A stretch of DNA of 64,000 bases from Anaerolineae bacterium. Lineage in GTDB: Bacteria > Chloroflexota > Anaerolineae > UBA7937. Location of the stretch: positions 1,024 through 65,023 of the forward strand of contig DAOULQ010000005.1 in NCBI GenBank assembly GCA_034419095.1, written 5' to 3'. Position 1 is the first letter of the stretch. Every line of letters begins with the position of its first letter. Positions 9,604 to 19,100 of this stretch are shown piece by piece. Position numbers and translations under genes: made by a program. The notes under the pieces are model-generated. The model was not told where the DNA came from. It saw only the letters and a list, made by a program, of their open reading frames with translations, and ran no database searches.

Positions 9604-9763
9604 GCTGGTGCTGGATTTTAAATCCAGCACCAGCGAAATCCAATGTAGGTCGGGTTTCCATACCCGACCTACTACGGACAGGGCAGGTATGGAGACCTGC
9701 CCTACTTACTAACCCGTCAAGGTCAAGAAGAACGCAAAATGGACACAATTTCCTGTGTCCATT
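9604..9763. repeat. array of four consecutive perfect hairpins (REP-like)
   Basis: 9604-9634 is GCTGGTGCTGGATTT-T-AAATCCAGCACCAGC. 9646-9671 is TAGGTCGGGT-TTCCAT-ACCCGACCTA. 9680-9703 is AGGGCAGGT-ATGGAG-ACCTGCCCT. 9738-9763 is AATGGACACA-ATTTCC-TGTGTCCATT. Confidence 0.8.
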
Positions 9764-9784
9764 CCGGCGATTATAGTATTTAGA

Positions 9785-9857
<73 letters not shown>

Positions 9858-9969
9858 AAATCACCCCAAGTCTTTCAATATTTTATAGCACCTTTTTACC
9901 CCTGTCAAGATCAACATTCTTTCCTTGATATGGGCTCTAGTCGATGGTAGAATCCTCTAGGGGTGCAGT

Positions 9970-11325
9970 ATGGGCATCACTATCATCGGATTGGGTCCCG
10001 GCGATCCCTCCCTCATGACTTGTGAGGCGCGAGAACTGTTGGAGAAGGCCAAGGAGGTCTACCTCCGCACAGAACGCCACCCTACGGTAGATTCCTTGCC
10101 CCACCATCTTCAACTCCACTCCTTCGACCATCTCTATGAAAAAGCCGAGACCTTCGAGGAGATCTACGAAGGGATCGCTCAAGAGATCTTACACCTAGGA
10201 AAACGGCCAGAGGGGGTCCTCTACGCCGTCCCCGGCCATCCCCTGGTGGGAGAGGCATCGGTGCATCGCATATTGGCCTTGGCCCAGGAGAAAGGGGTAC
10301 CGGTAACTATCGTGGCGGGGATGAGCTTCCTGGAGCCGGTCTTCTCCCTGTTAAAAGTCGATCCCCTCGCCGGCCTCCAGGTCGGCGATGCGGCGACCTT
10401 AGCCTCTCGTGCTCATCCCGGCCTCAACCCCGATACCCCAGCCCTTATCGGACAACTCTACAGCCGGACGATAGCCTCCGACTTGAAACTCACTTTGATG
10501 AACCTCTACCCCGACGATCATCCGGTGACCCTGATTCAGGGAGCTGGCACCCCCGAGATGAAGACGCGCACCATCCCCCTCTACGAACTGGATCACGAGG
10601 AAGGGATCGATCCGTTGTCTCACCTCACCTCTCTCTTCATCCCTCCCCTTTCCGCTCCCAGTTCTTTCGCCTCCCTGCAAGATATAGTGGCCCGGCTGCG
10701 GGCTCCCGATGGGTGCCCCTGGGATAGGGAACAGACCCTCCAAAGCCTGCGCCCCTTCCTCTTAGAGGAGACCTACGAGGCGTTAGAGGCCTTGGATTTA
10801 GAAGATATGGAGCGGCTTCGTGAGGAACTTGGCGATCTCCTCCTGGAGGTCCTGATGCAGGTTCAGATAGCGGCCGAGGGCGGGGAGTTCAAGATACCCG
10901 ACGTGCTAAGAGGCATCATCGCCAAAATGATACGCAGACACCCCCATGTCTTCGGAGAAGGAGAGGCCACTACACCTGATGAAGTGATCTCCCACTGGCA
11001 GGAGATCAAGAGGGAAGAAGGGCAACTTGCCGAGGGCCCCTTCGCCGACCTGCCCCTTACCATGCCCGCCTTGGCCCGAGCCAGAAGGATACAGGAGGTG
11101 GCACCGGGCAGGGGCTTCACCGCCGAGCAAGACGAGGCGGAACTCCTGACCAGGGTGAAAAAAGGATTCCAAGAGGTCTCGCAGTTAGCGGGGGAAAAGG
11201 CCGAAGAAGCCTGGGGCAGGCTCCTCTTCGACCTGGTAGCCTTGGCCAGCCTGAAAGGGGTGGATGCCGAAAGCGCCTTGCGCAAGGCCGTGCGGGACCT
11301 GGAAAAAGGGGCTCAACAAACGTAG
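9970..11325 (+). CDS. YabN-like fusion: tetrapyrrole-methylase-fold domain + MazG nucleoside-triphosphate pyrophosphohydrolase domain
   Basis: 451 aa. N-terminus MGITIIGLGPGDP... is a TP-methylase-like fold. The C-terminal half has CPWDREQT...LEETYEALEA and a second EExGDLL-type MazG repeat. Confidence 0.85.
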   Translation: MGITIIGLGPGDPSLMTCEARELLEKAKEVYLRTERHPTVDSLPHHLQLHSFDHLYEKAETFEEIYEGIAQEILHLGKRPEGVLYAVPGHPLVGEASVHRILALAQEKGVPVTIVAGMSFLEPVFSLLKVDPLAGLQVGDAATLASRAHPGLNPDTPALIGQLYSRTIASDLKLTLMNLYPDDHPVTLIQGAGTPEMKTRTIPLYELDHEEGIDPLSHLTSLFIPPLSAPSSFASLQDIVARLRAPDGCPWDREQTLQSLRPFLLEETYEALEALDLEDMERLREELGDLLLEVLMQVQIAAEGGEFKIPDVLRGIIAKMIRRHPHVFGEGEATTPDEVISHWQEIKREEGQLAEGPFADLPLTMPALARARRIQEVAPGRGFTAEQDEAELLTRVKKGFQEVSQLAGEKAEEAWGRLLFDLVALASLKGVDAESALRKAVRDLEKGAQQT

Positions 11326-11442
11326 CGTCGCCTGTCCTAGCTGTAGTGGGCCAGGGGCCTGTCCTGGCATCGTTAGCCAGGGGCTTCAGCCCGACGACGA
11401 AAACGTCGCCCTAAAGGACGATGCTACAACGAGAGAGTTATG

Positions 11443-11519
<77 letters not shown>

Positions 11520-11561
11520 TACCTTTACAATACCTCAAGAATTGGCTATAATTTCTAAAGA

Positions 11562-11636
11562 GCCCCTATAGCTCAGTCCGGATAGAGCAGTGGTTTCCTA
11601 AACCATGTGTCGCAGGTTCGAATCCTGCTAGGGGCA
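11562..11636 (+). tRNA. tRNA-Arg (anticodon CCU)
   Basis: GCCCCTATAGCTCAGTCCGGATAGAGCAGTGGTTTCCTAAACCATGTGTCGCAGGTTCGAATCCTGCTAGGGGCA. The cloverleaf pairs and the anticodon loop is TTCCTAA. Confidence 0.92.
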
Positions 11637-13150
11637 CCTTCCGTTCCACCGTCCTCGAGCGGGAAGGAGTAGGTCAGCACTCCGTAGTCTCGATACACCT
11701 CGATCCGCTGCACCATCCTCCTGAGATACTTGCGCCCCTCCATGCCTCCTTGCGACAGCGCCTCATGCAACCCTTCTAAGTATGCCACGATTTGATCTTT
11801 TGTCAAGTTCGGTACCTCAGGTTGGCCAGCCTCCAGCTGCGCTAAGCGACTGAGAACCTGAGCCTTCTCGTGCTGGCGCTCTTCTATCCTCTTGCTGATC
11901 TCCTCCCTGAGCCCTCCCACTTCCAGACCCTCGATGAGGTTCTGAATCTTCCTCTCCAGGGACCGCAGCTCCTTCTTCAGCCCCTTGATCGTCTTTTCGG
12001 CATCATCCGTCTCTTGGGAGAGGGCCGCGTTGGCCTCCTCCACCAACCGGGTGACGTGCTCGTCGGTCATCGACTCCTTCAGCTTCTCGATGATCGCGCT
12101 CTCCAACGCACGGGCCCCGGTCTTCTTCGCCTTGGCACAGGCTTCCGCTCCTCTACGCTCCTTAGTGGAGCAGCGATAGAAGACCCAGCCCACCCTGCGA
12201 CCCTGGTGCCTATCCACGCCGCCATTCATGGGGGCTTTGCAGTACCCGCAGTAGACCAGACCTGAGAGCAGATAGGGACTGGCCCTCCGGCGGGGATGAT
12301 CGTGAGGATCCTTCGCTTTTGGACTCACTTTGCGCCTCCTAGATTGAACTATGTCCCAGGTCTCCTGGTCGATCCTCGCAGTGTGGGCATCGGGCACCTC
12401 CAGCTCTCCACACTTCCGGATGCCGAGATACGTCTTGTTAGTCCACATGCTGCAGTAGCAGCCCATGTTCTTGAAGATCCGCGTCTTTCTGTGGATCTCC
12501 CTGTCGCTGTGGCCTTCACGCTTCATCTGCCAGGCCAGGCCTACCCGGTCCCAGTATTCGGGATCGGGAACCCAGCGGCGGACCTTTCTCTTCCCGTCTC
12601 CCAGTTGGATCTCCATTTCTTCGGCCTTGTACCCACGAGGAGGGAAACCACCTGGGGCGTAGCCAAGTTTGGCGATGGTGTGAAGGCCCCGCTTGATGGC
12701 CTTGGCTTGGTCTTTCAACCGCTGGGCGTCTTTCCAGTGGATCAGGGACTCTATGATGTACCTCATCCCCCGGTCTTCGACGGGCACATCGTCGGTGGCG
12801 GAGATAACCTCGATACCTAGCCTGCGGAGATCCGCCTTGAAAAAGTGGGCATCGTCCTCGTCTCTGGCGAAACGAGACCAGGAGAAGAGGATGATGGCGG
12901 CAGGCTTCGGCTCCACCTGGTGTGCCTGGTAGATCATCTGGTTAAAGTCGTCTCTCTTCACCACGTCGCTGCCGGGCTTCGCCTCGTCGACAAACCAGCG
13001 GGTGATGACCAGGCCGTGGTCTCGACCCCAGTTCTCCATGAACTCGCGCTGACTGACGATGGTGCCTCTCTCTTGCTGCTCCGGGCCCGAGACGCGGAGA
13101 TAGGCCCAGACGGAGGAACCGCGAGGTAGTGGGGAACCTTGATTAGTCAT
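11573..13150 (-). CDS. large serine recombinase (resolvase domain + recombinase domain + zinc ribbon + coiled coil); 3' end overlaps tRNA-Arg antisense
   Basis: 525 aa. N-terminal resolvase motif AYLRVSGPEQ (catalytic Ser). CGYCKAPMNG...YRCSTKERRGAEAC zinc ribbon, then a long coiled coil. The last ~21 codons (GAPSRIRTCDTWFRKPLLYPD) are the reverse complement of the tRNA. Confidence 0.88.
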   Translation of the reverse strand: MTNQGSPLPRGSSVWAYLRVSGPEQQERGTIVSQREFMENWGRDHGLVITRWFVDEAKPGSDVVKRDDFNQMIYQAHQVEPKPAAIILFSWSRFARDEDDAHFFKADLRRLGIEVISATDDVPVEDRGMRYIIESLIHWKDAQRLKDQAKAIKRGLHTIAKLGYAPGGFPPRGYKAEEMEIQLGDGKRKVRRWVPDPEYWDRVGLAWQMKREGHSDREIHRKTRIFKNMGCYCSMWTNKTYLGIRKCGELEVPDAHTARIDQETWDIVQSRRRKVSPKAKDPHDHPRRRASPYLLSGLVYCGYCKAPMNGGVDRHQGRRVGWVFYRCSTKERRGAEACAKAKKTGARALESAIIEKLKESMTDEHVTRLVEEANAALSQETDDAEKTIKGLKKELRSLERKIQNLIEGLEVGGLREEISKRIEERQHEKAQVLSRLAQLEAGQPEVPNLTKDQIVAYLEGLHEALSQGGMEGRKYLRRMVQRIEVYRDYGVLTYSFPLEDGGTEGAPSRIRTCDTWFRKPLLYPD

Positions 13151-13222
13151 CGTTTGCTGTCCAGATTCTTGCTGTGCTCTGTTCCTTGGTTGAGACGCCG
13201 GCCCAGATGACGGTACGAACGG

Positions 13223-13885
13223 TTATTGTGGAAGCTGTGACCGTTCCGGTAGATATATGTTGAGAACCCTTATTGCTTCATCCAATCGCTTCACAAGGAA
13301 CCCGCATTGCCATTTCATGACCTCACATATCCTTTCGCGGTTTTTCTTCGCCGTGCTGAGGCTTTGAGAAATCCCCACAGAGAGATCTATTAGCAAAGGT
13401 AAGAGCACATTGATGTCCTCGATTGTGGTATACACGTGAAGCAATGGAAAGAGCAACTCAGCGGGGATATTATCTAATAGCGGGCCCGAACTGACGGATC
13501 TCCAGCCACCCGTTGGGAGGGGGTTGGTGGGGATCCATCCTTCTTCCAGGCCTGTCTCCAGCCATTCGGTGACTTGCGACTGCGTTTTGTGGAGCTCGGA
13601 ACGCAGTAGTTCTAGGACTTTTCTTGCCTTCTCGGCCTTCTCTTCAGCTCTAGCTCTGCGCTCCAACCATCCTACGACCAAGACACCGATGGCAATAGCC
13701 ACCAGGAGGTCAGACAACAGGTTGGCAGAGAACTGTTGTGCCCAGTTTGGGCTCCTTCGAACCCCGATAGTCCACAGCAGTATCATGGCCAAAGCCACCA
13801 TAGTTAACCAAAACCACCATTGAGCCCAGAATCGATTCCGTGGCCTCACGCTCACACCCTCACATTCCTTCTTCCACTCTGCCAC
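13223..13885 (-). CDS. hypothetical 2-TM membrane protein with cytoplasmic helical domain
   Basis: 220 aa. Two N-terminal hydrophobic helices followed by a coiled-coil segment. The GTG start lies inside repeat R1a, so the start is uncertain. Confidence 0.5.
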   Translation of the reverse strand: MAEWKKECEGVSVRPRNRFWAQWWFWLTMVALAMILLWTIGVRRSPNWAQQFSANLLSDLLVAIAIGVLVVGWLERRARAEEKAEKARKVLELLRSELHKTQSQVTEWLETGLEEGWIPTNPLPTGGWRSVSSGPLLDNIPAELLFPLLHVYTTIEDINVLLPLLIDLSVGISQSLSTAKKNRERICEVMKWQCGFLVKRLDEAIRVLNIYLPERSQLPQ

Positions 13886-13922
13886 CAGATGGTGAATACC
13901 CCTGGTGGGTGATTGAAGTGCT
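13853..13922 (-). repeat. R1a conserved intergenic element
   Basis: Plus strand reads CACACCCTCACATTCCTTCTTCCACTCTGCCACCAGATGGTGAATACCCCTGGTGGGTGATTGAAGTGCT. Near-identical blocks at 16085-16154 and 20331-20400. Confidence 0.85.
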
Positions 13923-14425
13923 CAGCCTCGGTGATTGTTGTTCTTCTCCGCCCTTGCTCTAGCACGAGAAATATATCCCCCCTCGAAGCTAGCAACGTAC
14001 TGATCGAACGGCGTATTGGGATCTATCTTGTCTTTGTCATGGTAGAGCCTACGAAAGCGACGGCATCTATTGATCATGTTCTTCGAGATCCCTAAGTCCC
14101 GTGTTAGATGTTTGACCATTCCGTCCAGGAAGAACATGCCATCCTCGTATTTACGCTCATATTGAAAGATCCTATCACCCAGCTCCCAGTACAAGAACAC
14201 TCTCGGTTGGCCGCCATTCTGATTTGCGAGCGAGGCGAGTATTCCTCTCAAGTCATCTATCAAGTCCCAATATCCCTTCTCAAGAGATTCGAGAAGTGCT
14301 TCGACGTCGTCGTTCGTGACTTCTTCTTGGAATATCGAGGCAACCGGTATGGTTGCCCTAACGGTTTCCTTGCCGTCCGGCGATCTGATCTTCTGGACCT
14401 TGAAGCCGATTCTTATTTGTGTCAT
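13922..14425 (-). CDS. YhcG/DUF1016 N-terminal-like helical protein (no nuclease domain), partner of the GHKL ATPase
   Basis: Start set at MTQIRIG. Its ATG overlaps the upstream TGA (ATGA coupling). The segment LYWELGDRIFQYERKY...MVKHLTRDLGISKNMINRCRRFRRLY resembles the DUF1016 N-terminal module. Confidence 0.6.
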   Translation of the reverse strand: MTQIRIGFKVQKIRSPDGKETVRATIPVASIFQEEVTNDDVEALLESLEKGYWDLIDDLRGILASLANQNGGQPRVFLYWELGDRIFQYERKYEDGMFFLDGMVKHLTRDLGISKNMINRCRRFRRLYHDKDKIDPNTPFDQYVASFEGGYISRARARAEKNNNHRG

Positions 14426-15957
14426 TGCTGCTCTCCCCAAAGAGTGAAAACCTGGCCCATGAGATCGAAGGCCTTTTGACATGATGGTTCGGGATCGTGG
14501 TCCATCGAGAACCTTGTAAGTTCTACAGCGGTGGTCTTCAGGACATGGTAGTTTGCTGCTTCTCGTGCTCTAGAAGATCTGACATATGCAGGATGGGCCG
14601 TGTTGATGACAATCGTCTCGCCATCGAACCACCCTTCATTTGAGAGATCGGCTCTCTCCTCAAAACCCAAACGAATGCCCCCACGAATGACGCGCCGATG
14701 TACCTCGGCTCGTCTTCCCTCCCCAGGTTCGACTGTCGGTGCAACCCCTTCTTCTGGCCCTGGGTAGACATCAATTCCTTCTCCGGTTCCCGGTCCTCCT
14801 TCTGTTCCGGGAGCCTTTTGTGTTCCGCTACCGAGGCTTCGCTCCTCCCCACTCTCGTCAGGGATTGCAGCACGCGCTACTCTGCGTGCTCCGAAGAAGG
14901 TCAATGATGGGATTTGCTTGAGTATCCGGTTGATTTCCCGTTCCAGCTCAGGGAATACAAGGGGTCGTGGTTCTCTCTTTTCTAGGAGCCCTGCGCCCTC
15001 CAGCCATATTGCGAATTCCTTCTGTGCCCGGCGAAAGAAACCCTCCCAATTCTTGTTTCCCCTCTGGAATCGGCATTTGTCCGTTGTGACAGCTTTGATA
15101 AGATATGGAGCCTCAATCCATCCGAAGATTCTATCCTTATGGCGTGGCTCCTTCTTGAACCACGTCCGCTCTATGACCTTCCCATAGGTCGTTACGGCCA
15201 CCCCCTGAAGATGTTCGGGGAGCACCTCTTCTGCTAGCCCAAAGAATCCCCATCCCTGCGGTTTCTTGTAGCGAAGGATGGAGAACTCTTTCCGATGATT
15301 CAATGTCGTTTCGATCGGGCCACTAGTGATGACTGAGGCGTTCACCACGAACTTCAGGCCTTTCCGGTACTGCTCACGATACACTTCAAGCCTGCCCCTG
15401 CCGCCCTTTAGCAGGGGACGGTCTCCGGTATAGACCTGGACTAATTGCGGATCAAGTAGTGGGAAATAATGGTCTTCGAGAATTTGCTTTACTAGAGTAG
15501 GTGTATAGAATGACTTGCGATCCTTTTCCAGATATAGAGAGACTCGCGTTCCCGTCCCCGACAGTGTTCTCTCGTCAATGTAACGATATGGTGCATCATC
15601 ACCCTCCAATCTCCATATCGTTGCATCATGATAGTTCTTGCTGCGAGTCTCACTGATGATTCTATCGCAGAAGTTCAGTGCCAGTTTGGCGCCCTGCCCT
15701 GCAAAGCCGATTCCGGCACCTCTTTCCTTAGTGGTGGTTGCGAAATCGTGGTACTCCTTGAACTGCTTTCGCGTCATTCCAACACCGTCGTCGGTTACTC
15801 GGAGGATTGCATCTGAAATCTGGATGTCGATTACACGAGCTTTGGCGTCAAGTGCATTCGCTACTAGTTCGATCAGGGTAGCGACCTCGGGTTCGAAAGG
15901 ATATTGGTCCGCAATGTTTTGAGCCAGTCTTCGGATATTTACACCACTCTTCGGCAT
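14422..15957 (-). CDS. GHKL-superfamily ATPase (HATPase_c_3 / MORC-like)
   Basis: Start set at MPKSGVN with GGAGGAGG 8 nt upstream. Bergerat-fold motifs ELVANALDA (N box), DDGVGM (G1) and GIGFAGQGAKLA (G2). Long C-terminal region of unknown function with a Gly/Pro/Glu-rich linker. Confidence 0.8.
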   Translation of the reverse strand: MPKSGVNIRRLAQNIADQYPFEPEVATLIELVANALDAKARVIDIQISDAILRVTDDGVGMTRKQFKEYHDFATTTKERGAGIGFAGQGAKLALNFCDRIISETRSKNYHDATIWRLEGDDAPYRYIDERTLSGTGTRVSLYLEKDRKSFYTPTLVKQILEDHYFPLLDPQLVQVYTGDRPLLKGGRGRLEVYREQYRKGLKFVVNASVITSGPIETTLNHRKEFSILRYKKPQGWGFFGLAEEVLPEHLQGVAVTTYGKVIERTWFKKEPRHKDRIFGWIEAPYLIKAVTTDKCRFQRGNKNWEGFFRRAQKEFAIWLEGAGLLEKREPRPLVFPELEREINRILKQIPSLTFFGARRVARAAIPDESGEERSLGSGTQKAPGTEGGPGTGEGIDVYPGPEEGVAPTVEPGEGRRAEVHRRVIRGGIRLGFEERADLSNEGWFDGETIVINTAHPAYVRSSRAREAANYHVLKTTAVELTRFSMDHDPEPSCQKAFDLMGQVFTLWGEQQ

Positions 15958-16084
15958 TGCTCGTCCTCCTCCACGCTCCGAGTTCTGCATGTCTTCCGGC
16001 AGGGGTGAAGCTAGTTCCGCTAATCTTCGTTTGTCCGGCCTTTTCCTTCAGGCGTCAGCATTGCATCCCCACTTGGTGGGTGCC

Positions 16085-16154
16085 CACACCCTCACATTCC
16101 TTCTCCCACTCTGCCACCAGATGGTGAACGCCCCTAGGCAGATGATTGAAGTCC
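16085..16154 (-). repeat. R1b conserved intergenic element
   Basis: Plus strand reads CACACCCTCACATTCCTTCTCCCACTCTGCCACCAGATGGTGAACGCCCCTAGGCAGATGATTGAAGTCC. Lies between the MTase stop (16181) and the GHKL start. Confidence 0.85.
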
Positions 16155-16180
16155 AGCTCGTTGTATCCTGACTGAACATC

Positions 16181-19100
16181 CTAACTCAACTCCTCAAGCG
16201 AACGTTTGATCTCTGCTAGTTCCTTATCGGTGAAGCCCCAGAGTTCTGCGGCTTTGCGGTCTATCTCCTCCTCGACCTGCTTTAGGGCTTCCTTCTCCCC
16301 CTTGGCGGCCAACTCATGAGCACCCTGGGAGAGGGCGGAGAGTTCCTGGTGGAGAGGGTTCTGGGGATCGAATTTGGGGATGTCAGCATATTCCAACAGG
16401 TGGGCAGAGGCGAAGCTCTTGCCGACGGAATAAGACCTTGCTATGAAATCGACAATGGAGGAATTCAGCACCGTAGATAAAAAGTGAGCTTCCTTGTGAT
16501 CACTTGCTTCCACGAACAGTACTGTGTTTTTGTGAATGGGCACCTTTTCGCCGACGAAATGATCAGCAAATGGCGTCACAACGGCGGCCTCTAGGCTTGG
16601 GCCCATAGACTTCCAAATGACCTTGCTAGTCGCGAAGGTGTATGGCCCAACGTTATAGATAGAATAGAACGGGTCTGACTGGGGATCAAAGTACTTCTTG
16701 TATCCGCTTCTCTCCCTCAAAATGTGCTCAAATTGCTTGAGGTAAGAATAAGTGTTTGGCAGTTCCACCTTCAGCCATCTTTCGTCATAGCCCACCCTGC
16801 GGTCCGGGTCTTGCACCATGAGAATATAGAAGGAAGGCTTTGCGGAAAAGGGACTAACGTTCTTCCATGGGATGAATGGGTAGACCAGCGTGGGCTCTAA
16901 TACAGCCTGCACCTGCTTAATATCTTTCTTGCCAAGCTCTGGCAAATTCTCAACAACCAAGAGTCCATCTGAACGCTTTTCAATAATCCGAAGCCAATAG
17001 ATACCATCGGCCCATGTAGTTGCCCCTGCCCTCGCTTGGTATTCAGATGAGCCAAAAGCCCTACGGATGGCGCTAATGGCCTTTGCCCTTGCGGTGAACC
17101 AGGGAGCTGTGGGCTGAGCCGCGCGGACCGGTTCTGCTTGGAAGTGGCTTGTGGTGGTAAGTTGCTTCACTTCCTCAAGAGAGTTATCCACTCCCAGGCT
17201 AACCCTTTTTCTCTTGCGCCAGAGTGTGTAGGGAACTGGATATGACGTGGAATGGCCCTTCTGTAGCACGATCACGCTGGTCCAATTTGAAGCCCCCTCA
17301 AAAGGCTGCAAGGCCACCATGTCGTCCACATGAAGCACCCGTAAATCGGCCCCTTCCTCACCCAACTTGAAGCGCCGAAAGCCATCCCCGGCCCCTTTGG
17401 TCTTGAACAGCGTTTGCGTAATGACAAAGCCCAATTTACCCTTATCCTTCAAGTAATGGTCTATGCAGGCATAGGCAAAGAGCGCCGCTAAATCTTTCTT
17501 TCCGCCGCCAAGCCTAGCGCGCCAGCCTTTGAGGCTAAAGAGACCATAATCCACCCAGAGGGGCTTGGTGGCATCCCTGTACTCGTCAGACAGGCTCTCC
17601 CAGTTGACCCAAGGAGGATTGCCCACGACGTAGTCAAAGGGCTCCTGGAAGATAGGAGCAAAGGCGTTCTTGAGAATACGAGCCCAGATGCGGTTGCGTC
17701 CCTCCTTTTCAAGTTGCAGAAGCGTTTGGTATAGTGAAGATAGACCAGTGCTCGTGGCTCCCTCCTTGAAAGCGAGTTCACGCTCTGCTCGCTCCAGGAA
17801 CTCCTTCTCCTCGTACTGGCTTTTCACGCATTCCTCTAGTAATTGACTGAGTGCATCCATTTGCCTATTAACAATGATCTCCCTAGGCATCATAAATTTG
17901 CCTGCAACAGTGGTAATCACTGGGCCTTGCTCAAATAGGCCTGGTTTCAACGGCTCCGAAGGCGTGAGGATGGAGTCGCACATGTAAACAGGGATAGTGA
18001 TGGGGGAGATGGCCCGGCGGAGATTACCGAGAGCCAGAAGATAGGTAGTCCGGGCGGCGATGACCGCTATAGGGTTGAGATCGAAGCCCACCACATTTTT
18101 CAACACCTTTTGAGCCACATCTGCGTACTCCAGCAGTTTCTCGTCGGCGTATTCGCGGATACGCTTGATAGCCAGAGCCAGGAAAGTGCCGGAGCCGCAA
18201 GCGGGGTCTAAGAGGCGGAGATCAGGGTTGCCGTCGTAGCCAACTTGATTTAGAAGGCGTTCAGCAAGCCAATCGGGAGTATAGTATTCGCCTAAGTCAT
18301 GGCGAAGTTTCTTAGGGACCAGATATTGATAGAGTTTCTTCAAGAGGTCACGAGTGGCTTCCGGGTCTATCTCAGCGGTGGCGGGCTCAAAGTCGGATAG
18401 ACGACGGGCCATGCGGCGAATGGCCGCGCTAACATCTCCATTCCAGTCGGCGAGATACCAACCGAAGAAGTCGCCTTCCAGAAAGTTCAGGATGCCGAAG
18501 GCCTGAAAGTGCCCGCCATCCTCAAGGTTGCTAAGCTGGCTTTGCAACTCAGCATCCGAAAGTGCAGCCAGTTGAGTGACGAAGGAGGGAACATACGACT
18601 CAGGCTGAAGGGAGAGGAGTTCAGCGACGAGAAGTTTCATCAGAAGAGCGTAGTAAGTGTGGACGGCGAAGAGCAAGGGCTTCAATTCTACCCGCATGTC
18701 TACGCCGTACCTCTTTGCCAATTGAGCGGCGTCCTTCTCGGCTTTGCTTATATCTTGCCCGTAGACAATGCCAAAGATGCGGTCCCACTCTTTGAAAAAG
18801 GTATCGACCTTGGGGCTCTTGGAAGCCAAAAGCGTCTGGTAGAAGGTATTCACGGCTTGGCGAGCAGTTTCAGCGTCGGGCCCGAATTCCTTGGTTAGTT
18901 CCTCTGGGGTGAGAGGATAGCGGTGGAGGGCGCGGATATAGGTAAGGAATAGTGAGATGGTCTGGGCATTAACCGGATTAGGTCCATCGAGGTCAAAACC
19001 GCCGGGGAGGATTGCTTCAGGCAAGAGAGGGAGTTGAGCACTGGGTTTCCTCTTGGGAAAAGGTACTTTTGCCCTGGCCTTGGTGCCAGTGTATCGCACG

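Noticed and set aside
12296-12820. 174-aa antisense ORF inside the serine recombinase gene (and similar ORFs at 41521-42105 and 42930-43457)
   Set aside because: These are opposite-strand shadows of supported genes with skewed Pro/Leu/Gly/Arg composition.
13853-13885. Conserved upstream peptide (V/M)AEW(K/E/A)K... encoded in all three R1 copies
   Set aside because: Indels shift the frame between copies. One version stops after 20 codons and another runs out of frame into the next gene. No RBS precedes the GTG. The conservation is nucleotide-level.
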